The notes below the pieces were generated by a model that was not told the DNA's origin, ran no database searches, and was given only the letters and a program-made list of their open reading frames with translations. A stretch of 64,000 nucleotides of DNA, taken from positions 525,731 through 589,730 of the forward strand of contig JBAZYC010000001.1 in assembly GCA_041659525.1 (NCBI GenBank). The letters are read 5' to 3'. The position numbers were made by a program, and so were the translations under genes. This document shows, one piece after another, positions 55,219 through 63,993 of the stretch; positions within the stretch are counted from its first letter, which is position 1, and each line of letters begins with the position of its first letter. The DNA comes from an archaeon. GTDB taxonomy: Archaea; Iainarchaeota; Iainarchaeia; Iainarchaeales; JAAZKV01.

Positions 55219-56304
55219 ATGGCTAATGTTTTTGCTTCCCAAAAAGAGGTTTCGCTTTTCAAAGATGAGCGTTTTTTGTATCCTGATTTTGTTCCGGAAA
55301 AACTTCCTTTTAGAGACGAAGAGATTGGAGAACTTGTTTTTTGTCTTAAGCCCGCAACTCAGGGGAAAAAACCTACTAATGTTTTTGTTTTTGGAAAACC
55401 AGGCACAGGTAAAACTGTTTCACTTAAATTTGTATTAAATGAATTAACAGAGTTTTCAGATAGAACAAAGTGTTTGTACATTAATTGCTTTGAACTTTCT
55501 TCAAAGCAGGCAATTCTTTCAAAATTAACAAATTTTTTAGGGTATGCTGTTGCAGAAAGAGGAATTAGTTATGAAGAATTATTTTCCAAGTTTGTTAGTG
55601 TGTTAAAATCAAAAAAAATAATTCCTATTGTAGTGTTTGATGAAGCGGAGCAATTGCTCCGAAATGAAGAGGTAAAATCTTTGCTTTATGATTTGTCTCG
55701 CCTGCCTGAACAGCAAAAAGTTAATTTTGGAATGGTTTTTATTTCAAATAATAATTTGTTTTTAGCAAGTATTGATGATAGAGTAAGAAGTTCACTTCAA
55801 TGTTCAACAATTCCATTTGAACCTTATTCTCCTCCTGAAATTAAAGAGATTCTTTTAGATCGCTCAAAGTATGCTTTTGTTGATTTTGCTCTTGATAGTG
55901 ATGTAATTCCTCTTTGTGCAGCTCATGCAGCAAAACAAGGAGGGGATGCAAGAATTGCAGTTGATTTACTCCTTAAAGCTGGTAGACTTGCAGAGCGAGC
56001 AAATTCTAAAAAAGTTTTAGTAACTCATGTTCGTGCTTCTTTTATGCAGGAAAAACCAATTAAAGTAGAAATTACTTCTAACTTTTCAGAACAAGAAAAT
56101 GCAATAGTTGATTTTCTAAAAAAGAATTTAAATAAGGAAATTGATTCTCGAATGATTTACGATGCTTTGTCAAAAAAGTATGCTGAAAGAACTCTTAGGA
56201 TGAGTCTTTCTACGCTTGAAGAGAAAGGGGTTATTCTTACTTCTAAAGTTGCTAAAGGAAAAGGGACTTCTAGGATAATTTCGCTAAAAAACCCTAAAAA
56301 CTGA
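55219..56304 (+). CDS. cdc6: Orc1/Cdc6 replication initiator
   Basis: The family opening is FVPEKLPFRDEEI. Walker A is GKPGTGKT and Walker B is VVFDEAE, with a C-terminal winged helix. Confidence 0.9.
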   Translation: MANVFASQKEVSLFKDERFLYPDFVPEKLPFRDEEIGELVFCLKPATQGKKPTNVFVFGKPGTGKTVSLKFVLNELTEFSDRTKCLYINCFELSSKQAILSKLTNFLGYAVAERGISYEELFSKFVSVLKSKKIIPIVVFDEAEQLLRNEEVKSLLYDLSRLPEQQKVNFGMVFISNNNLFLASIDDRVRSSLQCSTIPFEPYSPPEIKEILLDRSKYAFVDFALDSDVIPLCAAHAAKQGGDARIAVDLLLKAGRLAERANSKKVLVTHVRASFMQEKPIKVEITSNFSEQENAIVDFLKKNLNKEIDSRMIYDALSKKYAERTLRMSLSTLEEKGVILTSKVAKGKGTSRIISLKNPKN

Positions 56305-56366
56305 TTTCACTCGTTCCAGTTAACAAACAAACGTTTTTATATGTCCATCGGAGCAATTATATTAGA

Positions 56367-57326
56367 GTGGTGAGATTTGTGGTTGAAGCTAAAACTGTTG
56401 ATAAAAAAATAAGTGTTTCAGAGAAACAAACTAAGAAAGTAATTAGAAAAGAACTTGTTTCTGCAAAAAAACAAGTAAAGAAAGAGAAAGCAAAGAACGT
56501 TAAGCAAGATGCTGATATTGAAATGCTAAAAAATGAACTTGCTAAGTTAAAGAAAAAGAAAGTTAAATCAGGCCACGTTTCAGAGTATAACTTTTTTATT
56601 AGAAAACAAATTAAATCCGGACTCACTTTTACTCAAGCAGCAAAACAATGGAGTAAATACAAAAGACTTCAACTAATGGATAAACGAAGACCAAGTGCAT
56701 ATAATCAATTCATTGGTTCTCAAATGCGTTTAGGAAAAACTTGGACTCAAGCAGTTGCTCTTTGGAAATTAGCTAAAGCGGGTAAACTCGGAAAGAAAGG
56801 AAGTACAAGAACAGTAACAAACACAGTTTACAAAACTCGAACAATTAAATCTAAACCAACTATAAAGTATAGAACTAGAACGATTACTTCTAAACCAAAG
56901 ATAAAATACAGAACAAGAACAATTACTTCAAAACCGAAGATAAAGTATAGAACTAGAACAAATACTATTATTAAAACTAGAACTATTAAATCAAAACCAG
57001 TTAAGAGAGCAAGAACTGTTAGAAGAATAGTTTCTTCTTCTCAAGGGTTTGATGTAAATTCTTTAAGAGAAATAATTAGATCTACTCAAAGTTCTTCTAT
57101 TTCAAAAACTGATTTGAGGGAAGCGATGAATCCAGATTCAGAGGAAATTGCTTTCAAAATAGTTCAAACCTATTTCATTGAAGTAGCAAGATTAGGATTC
57201 AAGAGACAATTGACTCTTGATGAAATAATTAACGCCTACTTTTATGCTCTAGCAAGAGTAAAAAGACAAAACGTTGAAATGAGTGAAGTAGCGGATGCAG
57301 TAAGAGAATCAGGAATGAAAAAGTAA
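56367..57326 (+). CDS. Basic repeat protein with two YABBY/HMG-like S.YN.FI motifs and 13-aa tandem repeats; putative DNA-binding
   Basis: It has HVSEYNFFIRKQIKSGLTFTQAAKQWSKY and RRPSAYNQFIGSQMRLGKTWTQAVALWKLA, followed by (KYRTRTITSKPKI) repeats. The start is uncertain, with GTG at 56367 or 56379. Confidence 0.5.
   Translation: MVRFVVEAKTVDKKISVSEKQTKKVIRKELVSAKKQVKKEKAKNVKQDADIEMLKNELAKLKKKKVKSGHVSEYNFFIRKQIKSGLTFTQAAKQWSKYKRLQLMDKRRPSAYNQFIGSQMRLGKTWTQAVALWKLAKAGKLGKKGSTRTVTNTVYKTRTIKSKPTIKYRTRTITSKPKIKYRTRTITSKPKIKYRTRTNTIIKTRTIKSKPVKRARTVRRIVSSSQGFDVNSLREIIRSTQSSSISKTDLREAMNPDSEEIAFKIVQTYFIEVARLGFKRQLTLDEIINAYFYALARVKRQNVEMSEVADAVRESGMKK
56829..57006 (+). repeat. In-frame 39-nt tandem repeat (about 4.5 units) encoding K(Y/T)RTRTI(T/K)SKP(K/T)I
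   Basis: Units start near 56832, 56865, 56904, 56943 and 56973. The two central units encode identical peptides but differ at many synonymous sites. Confidence 0.8.
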
Positions 57327-57349
57327 AAGTAATTTTTAGAGGTGTGAAT

Positions 57350-57694
57350 ATGAATGATGAAGAAGTAGCATTTAGAATAGTAAGATTGTACTTTGAAGAA
57401 ATCGCAAGAACTGGTTTCAAAAGACAACTCGATTTAGACCAAATGGTTAACGCATATTTTTACACTCTAAAGCAATTAAAGAACAAAGATAAAGCAATGA
57501 AAAGTATTTCCGAAAAAATAATTAGAGAAGAAAAAGAAATTACTTCAAAAGAATTTCCGGGATCAGTAAAAACAACTACTGTTACCACTGAATCAATCCC
57601 TGTAGTAAAAGAAGTAACCACTACCACTACAGTTGAATCAAATTCTTCAAAACCCAAGGTAAAAACAGTTTCAGAGATTATTGAAGAAAAGTAA
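57350..57694 (+). CDS. Hypothetical protein, paralogue of the C-terminal domain of 56367-57326
   Basis: EEVAFRIVRLYFEEIARTGFKRQLDLDQMVNAYFYTLKQLK compares with EEIAFKIVQTYFIEVARLGFKRQLTLDEIINAYFYALARVK. GAGGTG SD lies 5 nt upstream of the ATG. Confidence 0.55.
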   Translation: MNDEEVAFRIVRLYFEEIARTGFKRQLDLDQMVNAYFYTLKQLKNKDKAMKSISEKIIREEKEITSKEFPGSVKTTTVTTESIPVVKEVTTTTTVESNSSKPKVKTVSEIIEEK

Positions 57695-57720
57695 TTTTTG
57701 TTTTAGTGCAGGTTTTTTGC

Positions 57721-58332
57721 ATGAAGAAATTGCTTTTGATTCCAGTACTGATTTTACTTATCCTCTTTATTTTGGGTTGTACTGATTCTGATCAAAAGCA
57801 ACTCGAAGAACAATCTTATTATGCCTTAAACCCTTGCCCAAAACTTCCTTGTAATGATTTAAATAATTTTAATAAAATAATTAGAGATACTTTTGGTTTC
57901 TCTGCGTTAGAATACACTGCTGAATGTATGGAGTGTGCTTTTCCTTATGAATCGATTAGAGGTTCTTATACTAAAGCAAGATTAGATGTTAATGGGGAAA
58001 AAGTTAGTGTTTATTACAAAGAAGGTCTTTGCTCTAAACTTGGGGTTGATTGTGGTTGGGAAGTTTGTATTTCTACAGAAAAAGACAAGAACACTGTTTT
58101 AATTCAAGAAATCAAAAATAAATTTTGTCCATTATTAAAATCAGAAATAGTTGATTTGAATAATTCTTCTTGCAAAAACGAAGTTTTGTATGATACAAAC
58201 GCAGTGATAGAAAGATGCAAAAATGGTTATTACGAAACAAGTGATGAAATTGGAACCATTTTTTCAGTTGCCCAAAGCAACACCCCTTGCGGTTATTCTA
58301 TTCAACGCGGAAAAATGGATTGTATGAAATAG
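57721..58332 (+). CDS. Cys-rich putative lipoprotein
   Basis: MKKLLLIPVLILLILFILGC has a lipobox-like LGC. The mature part contains about 14 Cys. Confidence 0.5.
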   Translation: MKKLLLIPVLILLILFILGCTDSDQKQLEEQSYYALNPCPKLPCNDLNNFNKIIRDTFGFSALEYTAECMECAFPYESIRGSYTKARLDVNGEKVSVYYKEGLCSKLGVDCGWEVCISTEKDKNTVLIQEIKNKFCPLLKSEIVDLNNSSCKNEVLYDTNAVIERCKNGYYETSDEIGTIFSVAQSNTPCGYSIQRGKMDCMK

Positions 58333-58359
58333 ATTCGTTAGAGTTATTTTCTACTTTTT

Positions 58360-59454
58360 CTAAAATGGAATATCAGGGAACTCTTCCGAACTTGAGTATA
58401 GTTGTTCTATGTCTCCATTAGCTTTTCTTATTAATGTACGCGTAAGTTTGTGCCCTTCAACAAATTTTTTAATATCAGTTAAGAAAGTGGATGGTATTTT
58501 TCCATTAGATCTTTGAGTTTCCTTTTCCAGTACTTCTAAGAATTTTGGAACATAAACCGAGGTGGGACTTCTATAAAAAGTTTTTACTTCCTCAAGATAA
58601 CTCATAAATTCTCTATATTGTTCAGGTTTAAGTTTTATTATTCTTAGTGGTTTTACAGCATATCCTTTAGCAGGGTCTATTCTAAACATTAATTTTCTAA
58701 AAACTTTTCTAACTTTTGGAAGGGAATAAACCATTCTTCGTTCATGCATTTCTGGTCCTTGTTGTGCTAGTGCTTTTAATGTATCTCCAAGTGGAAGTGA
58801 AAAAGGATTTTTTGTCGCAGTGGTAAATATTTTTTGTAATTGTTTAAATTCAATTCTTTGTCTTTCTAATTGTCGTTCATTGTTTCTTTGATTTATTTCT
58901 TCCCACTTTGCATTTTCTTTTTGCAATTTAGCCTCTCTAATAGCAGCTTTTTCTTTTCTAATAGCTTTTTTTCTTTCCTGTATTCGCTCTTGTCTTCTTA
59001 GTAATTCATTTTCAGTTGCAATTCTGGGTTGAAGAGTTCTTCTTGGATCCATTGATTGTAAATTCAAACTTGTTTTCCTATCAGGAATTAGTTCATGATA
59101 ATTTCTGCGAGGATTGTCAAGTCTTAGTGCTGCTCTTTCAGGGTGTCCATGAGGGAGTTGTTCACTTCTTACATTTTTTTTATAATATTCAAAAAATTTT
59201 AATTTAAATCTAGATTGAGGAACTCCTGAGTGTAATGTTTGCCAAAAGGCTAAACGTGCTTCGTGTAAATTATTTGCAAATTCTTCTTTTCGATTACCAT
59301 ACTTAAAAACAGCTTCTTTTAGTAAATTTGAATTTCGTTGGCATAAATCATCAAATGCTCTGCTTCCTTTTGTTCCGCCCTTTCGAGATAAGCGTCTTAG
59401 TGGTATTTCTTCTTTAGGAGGTCGAGCCTTAAATCTAGAAAATCGAGTTGGCAT
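58360..59454 (-). CDS. Hypothetical Arg/Gln-rich basic protein
   Basis: This is a 364-aa ORF with a central charged coiled-coil (RRQERIQERKKAIRKEKAAIREAKLQKE). I recognise no motif. Confidence 0.45.
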   Translation of the reverse strand: MPTRFSRFKARPPKEEIPLRRLSRKGGTKGSRAFDDLCQRNSNLLKEAVFKYGNRKEEFANNLHEARLAFWQTLHSGVPQSRFKLKFFEYYKKNVRSEQLPHGHPERAALRLDNPRRNYHELIPDRKTSLNLQSMDPRRTLQPRIATENELLRRQERIQERKKAIRKEKAAIREAKLQKENAKWEEINQRNNERQLERQRIEFKQLQKIFTTATKNPFSLPLGDTLKALAQQGPEMHERRMVYSLPKVRKVFRKLMFRIDPAKGYAVKPLRIIKLKPEQYREFMSYLEEVKTFYRSPTSVYVPKFLEVLEKETQRSNGKIPSTFLTDIKKFVEGHKLTRTLIRKANGDIEQLYSSSEEFPDIPF

Positions 59455-59578
59455 ATATTAGTTATTCAATGGGAACATTTAATACTTTCTTAAAGAGTTT
59501 TTCAATTATCTTTTGTTAAACATTAGTTCTATTACATCCCCATATTTGAGTAAGTGATATTTTTTAATTAAAACTATT

Positions 59579-59725
59579 GCCACCTCCGCTTTGTCGAATT
59601 TTTTCGTTGGACTCTGCTTTTCTCGACTTAAACCTTTTCCCTTTAGGTCGCCTGTTGGCTAAAGGTTTAATGTCTCCAAAAGCAGCGGGGCCGTCCATGA
59701 AAAAATTCGTTTTTTGCGGAGGTGG
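59579..59725 (+). promoter_or_regulatory. Extended imperfect hairpin (copy 2), a candidate SD-sequestering leader or structured RNA; strand uncertain
   Basis: Nested stems are GCCACCTCCGC/GCGGAGGTGGC, CGAATTTTTTC/GAAAAAATTCG, TGGAC/GTCCA, CTGCTTTT/AAAAGCAG, GAC/GTC and TTAAACCTTT/AAAGGTTTAA. The apex is CCT-TT-AGG plus TCGCCTGTTGGCT. Confidence 0.6.
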
Positions 59726-59729
59726 CTCA

Positions 59730-59874
59730 AATGATTTTTTTAAATAATTTAAGTAAACCCTCAAAAGAGGAAATATTGTTAGTAAAAAGAATTGCAAGAT
59801 CCAATCCAGATGATTTGGATTCAAGAGAACTTTGGGTTCTTGAACAAGCTATTGAAGGTGATGAAGATGATTGA
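59730..59874 (+). pseudogene. Small acidic ORF of cassette copy 2, out of frame with its SD-served ATG because of a T8 run
   Basis: ATG 59730 (GGAGGTG 6 nt upstream) reads MIFFK*. The conserved peptide frame (..LNNLSKPSKEEILLVKRIARSNPDDLDSRELWVLEQAIEGDEDD*) is +1 relative to it. Removing one T from T8 (59734-59741) joins them. Confidence 0.6.
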
Positions 59875-61180
59875 TTCATCGCCGGCAAAGCACTTCCAAA
59901 TTGATTATAAATCTTCAAAAGAGATTTATTCTATGGATTTTGATTTATTCAAGTTAGCTTATTTTGAGAACATCAATAAAGTGGTTTATTTTAAGGGCAC
60001 TAAGTGCAGAGAGTTGTTTACAGAGCTTATAACTGAAGTTTGTACAAAAAAGAATTGTTTACGTCAACATTTAGCAAAAGAGCTTTCGGGGACTTATAAT
60101 TCGAATTTATCAACAATGCAATATTTTATTTCTTCCAAAGAATACTTTCCCATTTATTTAACTTCAAAAATTATTAGTAAACTAAGCGAAGAAAGACAGG
60201 AGTATTATAAAAATGCTTTCAATAAATCAGTAGAATATTTCAAATGTGGTACTTCAAAAGAATGGACTATTTTTCCAAAAAAATTATCTGCGGAACTAGC
60301 TTGGCTTTGCGGAGCGATTGCTGCAGATGGTTGGATTACTAAAGAATCTTTTTCAGGTTATGAGCGAATAGGAATAGCTGATTTTCATAAAAAAGCATTA
60401 CTAAAAGCCAGTCTTTTTTTTATGAAATGTTTTGGTCATGAACCCGTTGTAAAAAGGCACAACAAATTACAATGTTGGCAAATAGTTTTTCGTTCTAAAG
60501 CAATCACACAATTTTTTACCACCTATCTTGGTTTTCATTATGGGGTAAAAGTGTATGACATTTGTGAGCCAAAGATTTTGAAAAATTCAAAGTATCGCTT
60601 GGATTATGCAAGTGGGGTTATGAGCTTTGATGGATCAGTTGCGATGGATGGGGTTGTGTCTTTAGGTTGTGCAAGCGAAAAACTTGCTCAAGATATTCAC
60701 ACGATCCTTTTGGAAAATGGATTAAAAACTAGATTAACTAAAAAGAAATCTGAAAAGCAAAATTTATTTTTTGTAAAATCCGAAGGTTTGTTGCATAATG
60801 TGGATTCAAGTAAGTGGATTTCGTTGTTTGGGGTTGATATTGAAAAAGGTCAGAGGCTTGATGCACTTGTGAATGGATTTAAGGATACTCCTCTTTCTGA
60901 GCAAGATGCCTTACTTCGTCTTAAACACTTTGTAAATTATCCATCAAAAAATGAGTGTCCAATTTATCGCATTTTCTTTGTGTTGAAAAATAAAAGTTCA
61001 ATAAAGAGGCAGGATTTACTTAAATTAACTAAACTTCCGCATGTAACTTTTTACAAATATGTGTGGGTGTTAAGGAAAGCAAATATTGTCTCTTGTTATA
61101 CTGGTCAATTTTGGAGGGGATTTGAAAACACATACAAATTCAATTATAATATTGAAGAGTGGCGTGTTCCTAGTCTTTGA
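59861..61180 (+). CDS. LAGLIDADG homing endonuclease, double-motif, with an extra N-terminal region of about 130 aa
   Basis: The motifs are LAWLCGAIAADGWI and RLDYASGVMSFDGSV. The N-terminal 22 aa, MKMIDSSPAKHFQIDYKSSKEI, are shared with copy 1. The start is ATG 59861 or 59867. Confidence 0.8.
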   Translation: MKMIDSSPAKHFQIDYKSSKEIYSMDFDLFKLAYFENINKVVYFKGTKCRELFTELITEVCTKKNCLRQHLAKELSGTYNSNLSTMQYFISSKEYFPIYLTSKIISKLSEERQEYYKNAFNKSVEYFKCGTSKEWTIFPKKLSAELAWLCGAIAADGWITKESFSGYERIGIADFHKKALLKASLFFMKCFGHEPVVKRHNKLQCWQIVFRSKAITQFFTTYLGFHYGVKVYDICEPKILKNSKYRLDYASGVMSFDGSVAMDGVVSLGCASEKLAQDIHTILLENGLKTRLTKKKSEKQNLFFVKSEGLLHNVDSSKWISLFGVDIEKGQRLDALVNGFKDTPLSEQDALLRLKHFVNYPSKNECPIYRIFFVLKNKSSIKRQDLLKLTKLPHVTFYKYVWVLRKANIVSCYTGQFWRGFENTYKFNYNIEEWRVPSL

Positions 61181-62378
61181 ATAATATTTCAATTACGTCA
61201 CCATATTTTAATGGGTGATCGCGTCCAATTACTTGTTTAGTCTTCACATCAATAGCCCTGATGAAGCCTTTGCCCATATCAGTGTGTAGTGCAAATGCGA
61301 AATCAATTGCTTTTGAACCTGTTGGTAAAAGTAGACAATCAGGTATATATGCCCCATTTTTATCTTGGAGTCCTTTTGTTCCGCCAGGAAATACTGGAAA
61401 ATATCCTAGTAATTTGAATATTGCTGTATCAAGGCATTCTTGTACTCCAGTTGAGCCAAATTTTTCAAGTACATTGTGTTGTATTGTTTCTATTCCTAGT
61501 TTTTGTTTTTCGTTTAAGGTTCCTAAGATTTCAAAGTGGTTCCATCCGGGGTAGTATTTCATTATTCCTGCTTTTGTTGCTTTTCGTAAGGATAGTTCGC
61601 TTGCTGCGGAGCAAGGGATTATGTGAGTGTTAGGAAATGTTTCTTTCATTCTTAAAACATTTTTTTCTCCACTAGGTAAATCACATTTGTTTGCTGCAAT
61701 TATAATTGGTTTTGACCATACTCTGCATTTGTGTGCGAAAGTTCTTTTTTCTTCTTCAGTCCAAGTGTTCAAAAGTTTTTCATCTATTTTCATTTCCCTC
61801 ATTGCTTTTTCTATGTGCCAAGGAAGTATTTTTACTCCTGCAAGTGCTTGTGCAATTAGCATTACTTTTTTTCCAAAATCTTTTTCCTGTACTCTTGAGG
61901 TTTTCAGCCAATTGTTTTCAATAATTTTTAAGAACCATAATTCTATTTCTTCTTCAAGGAATTTTACATCTTCAATTGGATCGTGACTTCCTTCAGGGCA
62001 TTCTTTTCCTTCAGCATCAGTGCTTCCACTTGCATCCACTACATGGATTAGTGCATCAGCTTGACTTAAATCGTTTAAGAATTTATTTCCCAGTCCCTTT
62101 CCTTCGTTTGCTCCTGGCACAAGTCCAGCAACATCAATTAGTTCTACAGGAACATATCTAATTGGATTTTTTGGATCCTCATTAACCAAGAATCCGTGTC
62201 TAGGGTTACTTACAACATTAAAAAATTTTCCAGCATCTTCCACTCTAACAAATCCTATTCCTTTGTTTGGGTTAATTGTAGTAAAAGGATAACTAGCAAT
62301 TGCAACATCAATTAGAGTAGCACTTGAAAAGAAAGTACTTTTTCCAGAGGATGGTTTTCCAACTATTCCTATTTGCAT
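61170..62378 (-). CDS. Obg-like GTPase/ATPase (YchF/DRG family) with C-terminal TGS domain
   Basis: G1 is GKPSSGKST, G3 is DVAGLV and G4 is NKCD. The C-terminal TGS-like region has VIGRDHPLKYGDVIEI. ATG 62378 is the start. Confidence 0.8.
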   Translation of the reverse strand: MQIGIVGKPSSGKSTFFSSATLIDVAIASYPFTTINPNKGIGFVRVEDAGKFFNVVSNPRHGFLVNEDPKNPIRYVPVELIDVAGLVPGANEGKGLGNKFLNDLSQADALIHVVDASGSTDAEGKECPEGSHDPIEDVKFLEEEIELWFLKIIENNWLKTSRVQEKDFGKKVMLIAQALAGVKILPWHIEKAMREMKIDEKLLNTWTEEEKRTFAHKCRVWSKPIIIAANKCDLPSGEKNVLRMKETFPNTHIIPCSAASELSLRKATKAGIMKYYPGWNHFEILGTLNEKQKLGIETIQHNVLEKFGSTGVQECLDTAIFKLLGYFPVFPGGTKGLQDKNGAYIPDCLLLPTGSKAIDFAFALHTDMGKGFIRAIDVKTKQVIGRDHPLKYGDVIEILFKD

Positions 62379-62456
62379 AAACAACTCTTTCTAGGGCTGT
62401 TTTTTAAAAGCTAGCTTTTGGCTCTTCGTTTTAATCTTTTCGTATCTATTTCTTTT

Positions 62457-63782
62457 ATGGTTCCGGATCTTTTTCCTGATAGATATTTTCCAAAGAACTT
62501 TGAAGAGTTTATTGGGAATGTCGAGATTGTTGATAGAGCAATTGCTTGGGCAAATAATTGGAAAGATTATGATGCTTCTCAAAAAGACAGTAAAAGGCAA
62601 AAACCATTATTCTTTTTTGGTAACTCTGGAGTAGGCAAAACCGCTCTTGCTATTTTGATTGCAAAAGAAATGGGTTGGTCATTGTTTGAAATGAATGCTT
62701 CTGATTTACGTGATAAAGAGAGTATTGAAAAAATTGCAGGAGCGGCAACCGCTAATTCTTCTTTGTTTGGGGGTAAGCGTTTAATTCTTTTAGATGAAAT
62801 TGATGGGCTTCAATCCCAAGACAGAGGTGGGTCTAGTGCAATTCTTTCAATAATAAAAGAAGCAAATAATCCGGTGATTTTGATTGCTAATGATGCTTAT
62901 GATAAAAAACTTACAAGTATTAGACCCGCTTGTGAGGCTTTGGAATTTAAAAAAATAAATTACTTAAGTATTGCAAAGCGTTTAAGAGAAATTTGTACTA
63001 TTGAAAAAATAGAGTTTGATGATGAAGCGATTAAAGAGCTTGCGAGAAATTGCGCTGGGGATATGCGTAGTGCGCTTTTAGATACTCAAGCCCTTTCTCC
63101 AAAAATTACTCTTGAAAATGTAAAAGCTCTTTCTTATAGAGAAAGAAAGGAAAAGATTTTCCCAGTTGTTTCAAAGATTTTCAAAGGAAAAACTATTTCA
63201 GAAATAAAAGAATCAGTTGACGCTGCAGATGTTTCTTACGATTTACTTGGACTTTGGGTAGAAGAAAACATTCCTAAACAATTTGATGCAATAGATGCAG
63301 CAAATGCATTTAGTGTATTATCAAGAGCAGATATTTTTAATGGAAGAATTCAAAATAGACAACACTGGGGTTTTTTGAAGTACTCAATTTTTCTTTCTAC
63401 AGTGGGAGTAGGTCTTTCAAGGAGAAAGGATTACAATTTTTTCCAACCTCTGGCATTTCCTTCTATTCTTTCCTCTCTTTCAAAATCTTCTTCTATTAGA
63501 GAGATGAGAAAAGGAGTAGCATCCAAAATGGGGGAGAAGATGCATTGTTCAAGAAGACAAGCAATGCAGGATTTGTATTTTGTAAAAGAATTAATGAAAA
63601 ATGAATCTAGTGCAAAAGATTTTGTTTATTTTTTTGGTTTTGATGAAACCCAAGTTGCTTTTTTGTTAGGAAAAAAAGCTGATGACAAATTAGTAACTGA
63701 TTTAGTGAAAGAATCAAAATTAGTTGAAAAGAAAGTATTGCTTGAAAAGTTGCACGGAAAACAAGCTACTCTGTTTGGATAA
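62457..63782 (+). CDS. rfcL: Replication factor C large subunit
   Basis: Walker A is GNSGVGKTA and Walker B is LLDEIDG. The layout is archaeal RfcL-like. ATG 62457 is preferred over the track's upstream start. Confidence 0.8.
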   Translation: MVPDLFPDRYFPKNFEEFIGNVEIVDRAIAWANNWKDYDASQKDSKRQKPLFFFGNSGVGKTALAILIAKEMGWSLFEMNASDLRDKESIEKIAGAATANSSLFGGKRLILLDEIDGLQSQDRGGSSAILSIIKEANNPVILIANDAYDKKLTSIRPACEALEFKKINYLSIAKRLREICTIEKIEFDDEAIKELARNCAGDMRSALLDTQALSPKITLENVKALSYRERKEKIFPVVSKIFKGKTISEIKESVDAADVSYDLLGLWVEENIPKQFDAIDAANAFSVLSRADIFNGRIQNRQHWGFLKYSIFLSTVGVGLSRRKDYNFFQPLAFPSILSSLSKSSSIREMRKGVASKMGEKMHCSRRQAMQDLYFVKELMKNESSAKDFVYFFGFDETQVAFLLGKKADDKLVTDLVKESKLVEKKVLLEKLHGKQATLFG

Positions 63783-63804
63783 TCTTTCCAATACCGAGTT
63801 TTTT

Positions 63805-63993
63805 TTATTCTTCTTGTATTATAGAATTCTTTTCAACAAATTCTTCAATTGCGTGAGTGATTTTTTTTCTTTGCATAATAATTACAATTAGAATTATTAT
63901 TGAAATTAAAATTAATATTAGTCCTTCTTGTGTTTTAAATAAAAAAGAAGTTATTGCATTAATATCAACTACCGGAGTAATTTTTTTCCACAA
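63805..63993 (-). CDS. Small single-pass membrane protein (doubtful)
   Basis: There is one TM helix (LILILISIIILIVIIM). The start is TTG and the ORF lies near the window edge. Confidence 0.25.
   Translation of the reverse strand: MWKKITPVVDINAITSFLFKTQEGLILILISIIILIVIIMQRKKITHAIEEFVEKNSIIQEE

Larger units (their letters stand above)
59579..61180 (+). mobile_element. Homing-endonuclease cassette copy 2
   Basis: It has the same hairpin + small ORF + LAGLIDADG organisation as 4619-5847. Confidence 0.6.

Noticed and set aside
55202-55438. 78-aa ORF overlapping the orc1/cdc6 start in another frame
   Set aside because: The Orc1/Cdc6 frame carries the full AAA+ motif set. The alternative frame is hydrophobic low-complexity sequence.
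59727-59918. 63-aa minus-strand ORF antisense to the small ORF and nuclease start of cassette copy 2
   Set aside because: It is antisense to a region whose plus-strand peptide is conserved between copies. There is no equivalent open frame in copy 1.
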